In this document: positions 1 through 15,137 of the stretch, one piece after another
How positions within the stretch are numbered: position 1 is the first letter of the stretch
Layout of the letters: the number at the start of each line of letters is the position of its first letter
DNA from: Folioceros fuciformis
Taxonomy: Eukaryota
DNA length: 20,000 nt
Assembly: GCA_049999805.1 (NCBI GenBank)
Contig: JBNGIO010006037.1
Location: 112,429 to 132,428, forward strand
Direction of reading: 5' to 3'
The notes under the pieces: model-generated
The model's input: the letters and a program-made list of their open reading frames with translations, nothing else
What the model was told of the DNA's origin: nothing
Database searches by the model: none
Program-made: the position numbers and the translations under genes

Positions 1-4307
<4,307 letters not shown>

Positions 4308-5538
4308 GGCACTAGCATCTTCCAACAGGCAACAACATCACTACACTGTCACCAACAACCAAAACCTGTGCACACCTTCCTTAGCACATGCAGCAGTCCG
4401 GGTTTGAGGGAAGCACATGAGCAATTCAACAAATGGGCTGCTCTATCCCACTTTCTAAGCAGGAGCACAAGTCCAGCAGTCCCTAGATCACTTCCTACAC
4501 TAGCAGCTGAATCAACACATAAAAACACGTACAGGGCCACATGCCCATGACCGAGCCAGCCTCCAGAGAGTTTGAAAACTGGAACGGAACAGATCACCCA
4601 AATCAACCCTGCAACCCCAACCCCAGCTACGAAACGCTCATTGAAGCTAAGTAAGTGCAGGTCTTCGGCAAGAGCAAGAGCAGATGCAGACGGCAACAGA
4701 GCTACAGGGCAGCAACGGGGCGGCTGCCAACGATGTGCTGAGGCACACAATCAAGGTTCACCCAAGCAGCATGTTATGGGACACCGGCAAACTGGGCCAA
4801 TCGGCAACCCTAATGCTCAATCCAGCAGCGATGAGGTGCAATCCATGAAGCTCCCAAGGCAGCACGCCATAGCCCACCCACCGTAAAATATTATCCGCGC
4901 ATCTGTAATTACGCCAGCTTACATTTATGCTCTCGCAGACTACCCAACTGTATAGGTGGCCAGTTTTGTGTCCAGCACCACTACATTAGGTACCCATTTC
5001 CTACTTCCTATTTACCGTTTAATTAATTCTCGGCCCATTTTAACTCACCATTATTAGGTCACACTGCGGCACACTGGACTCCTATTGACCCTTTCTTCCG
5101 CAGGTCCACCTTGATTCAAGTCCGCACCTGGGAGGGACCTGGACTCTGCCCCGTCCCAAGGCGAAGAAGCCGCTTCCGGGCAGGCCGAGGGGCAACGTCC
5201 AAGGGAATTCCCAAAGCAAACTCACGGTAGGTATGTAGGTAGGTCAACCGTTCTTCTTTAGGGCACCGTTTCTTTTAACCTTCTCCTTCCTTGTCACGAA
5301 AGTGCTGCCTGCGCTTGCAACCAAGGGTGCGGCTGAGGCGGACTTGCGAACGAATACGAAAACAGCCATTCGCCTGCTTGCATTGTCTTGCTTGCGTAGT
5401 TCAGAGGAGGCAGGACTTGAGTTGGAGCGCTAACGGAGCAATGATTGGGACATGTGGATATGAACGGGGGATCGGGGATTGTGTTTCTTATTGTGATCCA
5501 CGCACCGAAACACCGGAATCGGTATCGGCATCGGAAGT

Positions 5539-8500
5539 TTACAAGGCATCCAAGAACATGTCTTCGGCGCCGTTTTCCTCTGCAGCTTTCATGAGACCAG
5601 ACGAACCGGCATCACACTCCTGACTGTCCTTCCAAATGCCGTCAGCGCTCGCCATGGTGCAGTCCACCACCGTTCTTGTCTGGAGGAGAGACAGTACTCA
5701 AAACTAGGGGCCAAAGTGTTGGAAAGAGAGCGGGGTTTGACACCTTACCTCTCCTCCCATCAACAGTTGGATGGCTCCGCGAGCCGCGTGAACTCGCCCT
5801 AGCAATCGCCAGAGGAAGTTATAGTCCTGCTTAAAACCTTCTGCTAATTCCAGCTCTTCCTTGGCCTGCAGCGGGCGCTGTTGAGTCAGGAATCGGAGCT
5901 GCGGTAGATTGCACCCAAAATAGGATCCCCCTGGAGACCATACCTTCTCGAGGAGGTCGTAGTTGGTGGCCTCCGCTGGTTTCTTAGCTGCTCTTTCAGT
6001 GAACTGCATTATTAAGAGCAAGGCGCGCTCGTAGGCAGCCATTGGAATGACGAAGAGCTCGTTTTGGACAAAGCAAGTCTCATCCCTACCGTCCAAAGTG
6101 GCAGGTGAACCAGGTCAATTTGCTTGTCAGACACGTTGCATCTGACGAGGCGAGAATCGGTCACGAACCTGACCCTCTCCAAACAATCGTGAGCTTCTTC
6201 CAGTCTGCCAAGTTCTCGCAACGCTGTGCCTTTTACTAAGTTGCATACGGCAGCGTCATCTTCCGGTTCGTCACACTCCTGTGTAGCGAGCGACGCACCA
6301 AGTTGTTACGTGCCAGGCTGATTACGGTAGGACGACCATCGAATTACACAGGCTTCCAGGGATTACCTCATCTTCGAACTCAGCGGCGTCGGACTCATCG
6401 GTACCATTGGGAGTACCAATGGTCTCACCGTCAGCTTGAGATTCCTTACAGACCACGGCCTCTGATTCCTCTATGATCCCGATAACGCCCTCCAGTTCTT
6501 CTTTAGGCATCTTCAACAGTTGCGGCACGGAAAGAAAGGATCAGACTTCGGTCCCGCAGACTTCTACACGTCACACCCATTTACATCAGGAAGTATGTGC
6601 CCGATGCGTGTATACCTGGGGGAAGGAGTTCCACAGGTAGAGGAAGGTCACTCCAGATATACGTCCCTGCAGACTTTTGACTCCCTCTGGACTATCCAGG
6701 CCATGGTCCTTCACCTGCGCCAACATCATGCCGGACATTGATCACTCGACCCAGCCGTCCCAACTGCAAGCCTATAGGAACAGGAGAGCTTGTACCAACC
6801 ATCCTGGACGCATATTGTTCCTCTGCCAATACACGGCCAGACAACGTTCCCCTCATCAATCCTTGAACCTGCCAAAGCCAAAAATCAATACGTCGTCCTC
6901 TGCAGAACTAGAGATCAACACAACCATCCCTCAAATTCACCCGGACTCCCACGGCAGGAAGCCTAATTGATGGCAAGCACTGCCTACAAAAACAAAAACG
7001 AAAAAAAACTGAACCAGGGGTTGACCTTACCCTCGCAAACTTGGCTGCAGCATATTCTGCCTCGCCTCTCATAGACAGACACACGCCCTGTAACGTGGAG
7101 TGAAGAGTTAACAACATTACGAGCTTAGCAGGACTCACTACAAAGGTATGGAAGATAAAAATCTTGACTCACATGTACGTACGAGAAGAAGGCACGAGAC
7201 CACACGCTTTCTTGCTCAAGCTCAGCCCAGTAGACCTCTGCATCTCCCCACTTTACCCAAAACAAAATGAGAACCACCATTGCACAAGCAAACGGAACCT
7301 CCAAAGGCCAGAGCTGTCCTACTTACTCAAACCACAAATACAGCAAATTGGCCATACATACCTTAAGCTGTAACATATGACCCAATCCAAGTTCATACAC
7401 CCATGCGTGGCGTAGCTTGAAGAACTTCGAGTCAGGTGGAAGTTTCAGGCCCTGTTTCACACACGGGAACGAAGCTCAAGAAAAATGCCTGCCGAACCAC
7501 CATGGAACCACCATGTATGTCGGAACAAAGTGGCGTTCTAACCTCATCAAGGTCCGAAAAATATCGCAGGGAGCCCTTCAGATCTTTCTTCAGTCTTTGA
7601 AGTCGACCCTTATAAAAGCTGCCAATACCCAGGGCCGGGCGGGTCAGGTCATGCAAAAGCTGTCATGTTTGGCAGCCTGATCAACCTAACAGCCTACAAG
7701 TATAGACGCAGTCACCTGAGGAAGAAACTTGCAGGGTACTTCCTATCTAGTAAATCTAGTATGCGCTCAGCTTCAGAGACATGCAGCTCCCGTTCCTTTC
7801 AAAAGGATACCAATGTTAGAATATGGATGACAATAAACTACTGCGGCCTTGCGATCCACTCCTCACAAGAGGTCTCAGATAATGGTATGCAGTAGAAAAT
7901 GTCACCTGAGGAATAGAGAAGAATGAGGGCAATATTACATGATATGATAAAAGCAGCCTGCAAGCAGCAGCATTCATTTCAACAGCGTCCACCACCCAGA
8001 GAAACTGAAGAAGAGTAAGACGGTAAAGGTGGGTCCCATGGCAAGGCAACCTACATTCCAGATACAGAAGACCGCAAGCCTCCTCCTCGAAGACTCTGTT
8101 CTATAGCACTCAATCCAGCAGCTCGGTCGCAGGGGAAACCAAGCACTGAGAGCAAACGCAACAGCTTTGGAGGTAACAAAGATATGGCCAAGCTAAAGCC
8201 ACCAGAACCGAGCCTTACTGCTCCAACGTCGTGCTCGCTCCTCCTTGCTCGGTGCTTTTCACAGCACAAAAAGCAGGGTAATTCACCATACGAAACAGTC
8301 CTCTTCAGGCCATATCACCCCGACGGATCTAGAGGCCATACCTGTCGCTGAATTATACCGTGACAAAGCTTGTAGCCACGAATCGCTTTCCGGATCAACA
8401 GCGCTGCCTGAACATCGCACATCACCAGTAGAGCAAAAACAACATATCAAAAGCTGACGGCTATCCTCATCATCTATGTGAATACTCACCCTGAAGAAAG

Positions 8501-9200
8501 CAGCAATCGATTCCTCGAAAAAACAAAGAACTGCAGACAAGTACGTCGCTTCTGCCTCAATGATGCGGCTGCAACGCAGAAGATGACATGGTTACCACCT
8601 GCTCCCTGCAGCCAACCACAGACACAAAGCGCGAGGAAAGAATTGCAGACAAAGGTACCAAGTGAGCTCTTCTTCCGGAATCTCCTCGAGTTTGGGAGAA
8701 GGCGACGAGAAGTACCCCATGCCCCAAGAAGCAATGCTCTGCACCCAGCCCTGCTTTGGGATGTGCTCTGAAGCCAGAGTCGCAGCCTCTTGCAATCTTT
8801 CCATAGCTTGTTTTCTGCGATGCGACCGCACCACGCCATGCCTACAGTGTACACAAGGAGGCCGTGCAATTGCGCCAGAAGAAAAACTCCTCACCTGTCT
8901 TCTTCTGCGCCGGTGATGCCAGCCTTAGCAAAAAGTACGACAGCATGGCAGTGTGTGAAGATGGGAACAGAGCCGGCCACACAATCCTTAGTCTCCGCCC
9001 TCTCCTCCACAAACTTCTCAGCTTCATCGAACTTCCCCTGCAGAAAAAGCCTGAAGAGCACGTCCCGGAATCCAGTAAGCCACGACCCGGGCACAGCATA
9101 GCGACGCACAAGAAAAGGCCTTTCATGCTCCGCAGTGCACATACTTCAGCGCATTCTCCGCTTCATCGCACGCCCGGACAACTGCACTAGACACCTCCAT
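5539..9200 (-). CDS. TTC39/Iml2-family tetratricopeptide-repeat protein, 18 exons, 681 aa
   Basis: Exons 9200-9145, 9050-8895, 8814-8659, 8568-8490, 8407-8342, 8254-8055, 7957-7906, 7795-7716, 7618-7543, 7451-7362, 7250-7173, 7087-7031, 6868-6800, 6714-6616, 6510-6367, 6278-6169, 6085-5749, 5679-5539 total 2046 nt and stay open, all GT-AG. The ATG is in GCCATGG context. Blocks match the TTC39/Iml2 order as I recall it: ALKLFLQGKFDEA; EAEATYLSAVLCFFEESIAAFFRAALLIRKA; GAVRLGSGGFSLAISLLPPKLLRLLSVLGFPCDRAAGL; LLLSYH; EAERILDLLDRKYP; ESVWSRAFFSY; FLYLWNSF; DDAAVCNLVKGTALRELGRLEEA; VIPMAAYERALL; KQDYNFLWRLLGRVHAA. Confidence 0.85.
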
Positions 9201-10180
9201 GGCAGCTACTTCTTTGCTCAAGTATGTCACAACTGGCCTGCTACATATTGGCCATCCAGGAGCTCAGAATTGATTGGCATTTCTGAGCATGTCTTCCCGC
9301 CTTGCCTGCCTGGAGCCCGAATTGTAAGCCGCCTATCTTGGAGCCAATCTCCGATGGCTCATTACGGCCAAGCGACCCTGCCTGATTCAGCATCCAGAGA
9401 AAGCTCGAGGCCGGAACGGGGCTGGAACTGCAGATCGGGAGTCGAGAAGCGAGCTGGCCGAGTGTAGGTGGGCGAGCATCCGAGGGTCCTGCGGCATAAT
9501 GAATAGTAATATCCGACCACGATAAGGGCCGAGACGAGGCGAGCCGGTCGTCCCGCTGGTGACCGGCTGGATCGGACAGCGTTGCTTTCTGGCAGTTGAG
9601 GCATGGGTTCGGCGCGCTTATCACTGTTTGGAGAGCTTGCCGCTTTTTAGGCGGCTGCTGCCTGCGGGGGATCGGCCACGATCTCTCAACGGGATGTGTT
9701 TTGTCCAGGATGATCCACGATTGAACAACCGGTGATGAAGATGGAGAATTGGTCAGACGATCTGTTGGATGTGAGGAGGAAGGGGATGGCCCAACAGGGA
9801 TCTTTCCGAGTGTCCACAAAACAGGGTCACTTAGCATGGCTACTGAGTTTGGTTCGCAAGATGGCGTTGTTAGTCTCCGAGCGGCGCATCATGGATGGAG
9901 GAAACGCTTCTTCCTAAGACGCTGCATCACCACTGGAATCTACTGTATGAACTGTAAAATCTACTATCTTTGACGTCTACCCCATGGAACAGTACACATA
10001 AACAGTCGTTCTTGGCTCATCTGAGGCGAGATCCCGGAAGACGCACAACCCGAACCGTGTAAGGCCTTCCGTGAGTACATCATTCCCTACCGTGCGTATG
10101 TACATGGTCAATGATATGGTACAGTACAAACAGCAGGTGCTGCTGGAGATTGACTTCACTCGGGGCTTGGTACCCGGCTT

Positions 10181-13100
10181 CTAAACCAACGCAGGGGCTG
10201 GAAGCACGGCAGGCGCCGTGCCGTCATCTTTGGGAGGTACTTCCGGCTCCGGTAAGGCATCGGCATCCTTGCCAGAATCATCATCCACCTCCGTGAACCC
10301 CTGCTTGAATTTGTCGTAGTTACTCAACTCTGCAGGTTTGAAGGGCCGCTCCCCCAGAATCTGGATAAGGTCATTCTGATGTAGCACTTCTTTCTCGAGA
10401 AGCTTTTGAGCTAGGGCCTCTACGCCCTCTCGGTGCTTCGTCACGATGTCCACAGTTCGCTGGTATGCTATATCCACCCACTCCCGAACTTCGTTGTCAA
10501 TCATCGCTGCTGTGTCATCACTGTAGGGCTTTGTCATCTCCATACCATCCTCTCTTTGTGGGAACGATAAAAGGCCTATTTTTTTGCTGAACCCGTAAAC
10601 GCCTATCTGGGCATACGTCATCTTTGTCACCTTCTCCAAATCGTTCTGAGCGCCTGTGGAAATTTTGCCAATCAAAACCTGCAGGAATTGAAGATACAAG
10701 GAAAGTCAGACACAAGTAAACGCAAACGGGTAACGGAAAACACATAACACTTGGGAATGCCTGCAGGCACACCTCTTCTGCTGCCCGTCCACCAAGGATC
10801 ATGCAGGTCATGTCCAGCAATTGTTCCTTTGTCATGAGGAGATTCTCATTCGGTAAGTACTGCGCAAAGCCCAATGCCGCAGAGCCTCGAGGAACAATGG
10901 ATACTTTCAACAATGGCTCTGCATGCTCTAGAAACCATCCGGTGACTGCATGACCTGCTTCATGATACGCAACGGTTCTCCTTTCCTCCTTGCTGATAAC
11001 CTACTTGGACACCAAGGCATGACAGGCAAGTCACATCAGCATCAATCGGAGCCAAGTCACCATCAGATATATAACCGACAAGGCAGAATCAAACGTTGCT
11101 CTTACCTTCAGTTTCTTCTCTAGGCCCCCAATTATTCTGTCAATGGCTGCCTCAAAATGTTCCATCGATATTTCTTCTTTGTCATTTCTGGCAGCAATAA
11201 GGGCGGCCTCATTACAGACATTCGCAATGTCTGCACCGGCAAAGCCTGGGGTCAGTGCAGCCATGCGCTCAGAATAGTACTGAATCTTCTGGTCCAGCTT
11301 CAACTTTTTCAGATATATCCGGAATATTTGCTCGCGACCCTTGATGTCAGGCCTGTCAATGGTGATCTGTCTGTCAAAGCGCCCGGGCCGTAGCAATGCT
11401 TTGTCAAGGATGTCAGGCCTATTTGTACCTGCAAGTACAACAACACCGGATGTGCTACCAAAGCCATCCATCTCCACTAGGAGCTGATTTAGAGTGCTTT
11501 CTCTCTCATCATTAGCACCTGCAAAGCCTCCTCTGCCTCGTGCCCGACCAATGGCATCAATCTCATCAATGAAGATAATGCTTGGACTCGATTGCCGAGC
11601 TTGAGCAAACAAATCCCTCACGCGTGATGGACCAACTCCTACAAACATTTCCATAAAATCCGACCCACTTATCGCAAGAAAAGGGACACCTGCCTCTCCT
11701 GCTGTTGCTTTGGCCAAAAGAGTTTTCCCTGTGCCAGGTGGGCCCACTAGAAGAGCTCCCTTGGGAATTTTGGCACCAATCTCCTGGTACTTTTTGGGAT
11801 TTTTCAAAAAGTGAACAAACTCCATAACTTCCTCCTTTGCCTCATCGCAGCCAGCGACATCCTTGAAACTGACCTGAGTGCCAGACACAAGTATCAGTGA
11901 TTCGACCACAAACGACTACACACCAAATAGTCAGCCTTGGAATGTACATGCATTGATAATCTTCCCCCCATTCCAGGAAGCATAAAAGGAAGGCATAATG
12001 CATCACTGAAACAATGTACCCACAGAATCATTGGCATTCATGTCTTTCCCACCTTATCCTTAGCCTTCTTTGAGAGCTTTGTGACCTGCGCCTTTCCAAC
12101 ACTGAATATGCCTCTACCCCCCATGCCACCACCACCACCGCCAATGCCAAATCCACCCTGCATCCTCCTCGTGAAGTAGATGTAGCCAGCGATTAAAAGT
12201 AGCGTAGGCGCAAGCCGCAGTAGCTCCTGCTGCCAACTAAGTTCTGACACATATGTCACTGAAACCTGATCATGTGGATCGACGCCCAAGGCATCCTGTG
12301 CATCTTCCAGCTTCCTCTCGAACGACTCAATGCTGCCAATGTTGAAAAAATACTTGTACTTGGCATCATTTGTTGCAGGATGGTGGGAGTCAGTTTGCAA
12401 ATCACCAAGATCACCTTGTGAGCCCGTCCGAGATGCCTTTACATATACTTTAGCAACACTTTTGTTTGATACCTCAATGTGGTCCACAAGCCCTGGCTCA
12501 AGCAACTTATTCTTGAACTCCTGGAAGCTGATCTGTACAAAAGCGAAAGGCTGCGTTACAAGTACTGACAAGCTGGCAGATTCAGCTCGGACATACGGAA
12601 AAAGGAGACATAAGACAACCAGATTCAATGATCCATGCAATATCAGTCATGCTGTACGTTTACCTGCTCTGCATCAACACGACCCATACCCAATGTGGCC
12701 AGGGCTGCGATTGTCAGCAAACCAGTGGTGACCAAAGCCTGAAACGAGGCCCATGGCACTTCTATCGATGGATTTGGATCTTCAGATTTCTGCTCCTCTG
12801 TAAGTAATTTGAAGTTCATGTTAGCCGCCAATAAAGATGGGATGATTTCGACTACATGAGCTGCATCAGCCTTACCGTTTTTGGGATCTTTCTCGTTTTG
12901 ACCTTTCGGTATTCCCTTCTTATTCTTGGGATAGAAATTCTCATAACCTGTTCCACCCAGAAAAGCGAACGAGATGAGAATATTTATCCAGCACGGCAGA
13001 AAAGTGGCAACGCGTTATACAAACCGACCCTTACTCTTTTTCCTTGGAGTCTCGCTGCAGAGCAGCCTTCGCCAGCCAGGACTCTCCAGCAAATTCCTTG

Positions 13101-13559
13101 CTACATTCGGTCTCACAAGGCCCCCCCTTGCCGGACCTAGCGTCTGAAACATCCATGCTGGTGTATGTGTTGATAGCAACCTCCATGTTACAAGGCTGGA
13201 CCTACTAGGCAAGTGCCACAAGCCACCACCCGCACGGGGCAAGAAACTCAACGGCTGGACTAGACCCCGCACATCAGATGCCGTTGTATATGATCTAGAG
13301 ACATGTTGTCGAAGAGCTCCAACCGAAGTGCCATCCCTCACAATTTCCTTCTGCAATAACCGCAATCCAAACCCATGGCAACAGAATGTCAGAGACAAGA
13401 AAGGACTCTGCTGCTACCGGGCAAGCAGGAGGAAAATCAACGAGAGAAAGAGGTGCCAGCTACACGAAAAGCTCAATCAGAGGACATCGAGCCAGAAAGA
13501 AGACTCACGATGAGCCGGCGAAGAGAACATGCCGCTCTGCTGTACCGCCGTGTTGACAT
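10181..13559 (-). CDS. FTSH10: Mitochondrial ATP-dependent zinc metalloprotease, m-AAA type (FtsH3/FtsH10, AFG3-like), 8 exons, 848 aa
   Basis: Exons 13559-13509, 13350-13035, 12947-12876, 12797-12664, 12532-12053, 11873-11106, 11000-10773, 10678-10181 (2547 nt). Arg/Ser-rich presequence [24 protein letters not shown] motif; two hydrophobic segments flanking [24 protein letters not shown]; Gly-rich linker; Walker A GPPGTGKT; Walker [29 protein letters not shown]; zinc site [20 protein letters not shown]. FtsH3 and FtsH10 cannot be separated from sequence alone. Confidence 0.96.
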
Positions 13560-13683
13560 GAGGTCCACAACCAGAGAGCGATGCCAACGTCCACGACTTC
13601 TGTCCAGACCAACGAGGCAGCTGGAGGCAGCGCCTGAAGCCGAGCCGGGCAAGCTCAGACACCGAAAGCCTTCAAGCTCTTGC

Positions 13684-13692
13684 AAACCCTAA
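13684..13692. promoter_or_regulatory. Telo-box (AAACCCTAA) about 125 nt upstream of the FtsH ATG, probably in the 5' UTR
   Basis: Exact AAACCCTAA at 13684-13692. Telo-boxes are known plant cis-elements near transcription starts; function here is untested. Confidence 0.4.
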
Positions 13693-14499
13693 GCTCCTAA
13701 ATTCCCACCCCAGGGACCTGAATCCAGCTGTTGAATCTAGCACAGTTGGCACGAGTAGCAAGGCAGCAGGGCAATAGAAGCAGCTCAGCCCGTGGCGCTC
13801 GTACAAGCACAAGGCCGCTGCAACCCCCTCCTGGAATTCGATACCCAATCCTACACTGTGCGATGCATCCGAAGATAGCCAGCCACACGCTGAACCCCTG
13901 AGCACCAACCTCTGCTATGTCAAATGCCTGGTGCCGCTGCCCCTTCTCCCACAGGCCCCTCTTCTGAGATCGAAACCGAATACAGGAGTCCTGCTTGTCC
14001 ACCACCAATCCTGCTTCAAAAGAGAGCTGGTTCGACCTGGACAGCTTCCGTGTTCAGTGAAACAAAGATTGGACCTTCCCAAAGGCCGGCGGCACTGCAG
14101 AGCAGAATTTGCTACCTCAGCTCGGTCGAATTGGAAGAGCCGTGACGGGCAGCACCGGGGAGTCTACTGTCTTGTGATCCCATTTTGTTATCATCACAAC
14201 TAACTTATCATCTTACATATTCTTCGCTTTTTTGGCTAGGTATAAAGAGTCAACAAAGAATGCTGACGTTGTAACAGCCTAATAGGCGGCCCCGAAAGGC
14301 GTTTTACGGCAGGGAATGCAGGTCACCCCATCCTAGGAGTAATCTGAATTTCAAGGATGGCGCGACTTGAACAATGACTACTTGTACTGCAACGTTTCCA
14401 AATCAACGATGGGTGCACAAACAACTTCCAAGTGGATAGGCGGGTGGAACACTGATGAAATGGAGCCATGCGGTGCACTGGGGTTTAGGGGTTAGGGGA

Positions 14500-14975
14500 A
14501 TCTCAGCCACCTCGTCTGGTTGTTCACACTTGGAGGTCGACATGCACGCAGAAGTGTCAACTTAAGAGATGCCCGCCAGGGTCTGACAGGACGGCTACAA
14601 AGGATGCGGTGATGTGGGATCCAGCGATGTCTGGCTAAGCACAGCACCGACACGGCCGGGAGGCGCTTGTTTGGGCGCTCATGGTAAAGTGGAGCAAGAG
14701 GACCTCATTTTGGCTGACCATGTTACTTTTGCGTGCCTTCTCGTGGCCGCCTGTGGACGCAGTGTGCCTTGCAGAAGTGCAGGCAGCTGCAGTCACAGAT
14801 CCTCGAACGAGGACTGGTGGATGACATTTTGGTGACTCGTGAGCACCTGCATGGCGCGCATGTCTGCAAAATGTGGTGAACTGGAATTTGCACGCAGGTT
14901 TTCATCGACATGGCCACAAAGGATGTGGTGATTTGACAGTGCTGATTTCAGGGAATGCACAGCAAGGGCTGAAGC
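14500..14975 (+). pseudogene. Degenerate PLS-class pentatricopeptide repeat (PPR) gene fragment
   Basis: Across frameshifts it reads VDMHA..RDARQ..ATKDAVMW..AMSG*AQHRHGREAL..EQEDL..ADHVTFACLL.AACG..ALQKCRQLQSQILERGLVDDILV..MSAKCGELEFARR..DMATKDVVI*..LISGNAQQG, an S-P-L-S-P motif series. A DNA repeat ACAAAGGATG(C/T)GGTGAT occurs at 14597 and 14916, 319 nt apart, about one PLS triplet. It has multiple stops and frameshifts. Confidence 0.8.
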
Positions 14976-15137
14976 GTCAATGAATTATGAATAGGCGGTA
15001 CATGCCAGGACTTGTACCTACAAGCGATGCTGCAAGCAACACCAAGACAGCCTTGGATGTGCGAGCAGTGTACATCACATTCAACTTAGAGAAGCTGCTG
15101 CCCTCCTTATTGGTGTGGCAGCAATAGACATAGGAGC

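Noticed and set aside
4349..4886. ORFs of 133 and 104 aa upstream of the JmjC start
   Set aside because: Non-ATG starts and no recognisable motifs. The region looks like 5' UTR or intron.
4793..5037. Site II motifs (TGGGCC 4793, GGCCCA 5032) and a partial telo-box AACCCTAA (4806)
   Set aside because: Short motifs are expected by chance, the telo-box is incomplete and the TSS is unknown.
6941..6985. Strong T-rich acceptor (TTTTTGTAG/GCAG) and a downstream GTGAAT donor inside the 162-nt TTC39-like intron, suggesting a cassette or poison exon
   Set aside because: The upstream intron would be only 47-51 nt, shorter than any other intron here (minimum 69). Skipping it gives the family-like sequence FARVQGLMRG.
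13473..14203. Several 60-105 aa ORFs upstream of FtsH
   Set aside because: Mostly GTG/TTG starts with no homology cues. ATG 13559 already gives a convincing presequence exon with a GTGAGT donor.
14262..14315. Small hairpins GCCT-AAT-AGGC and GCC-CCGAAA-GGC after CTGACG, considered as a hammerhead ribozyme
   Set aside because: The CUGANGA core is incomplete and the stems are only 3-4 bp.
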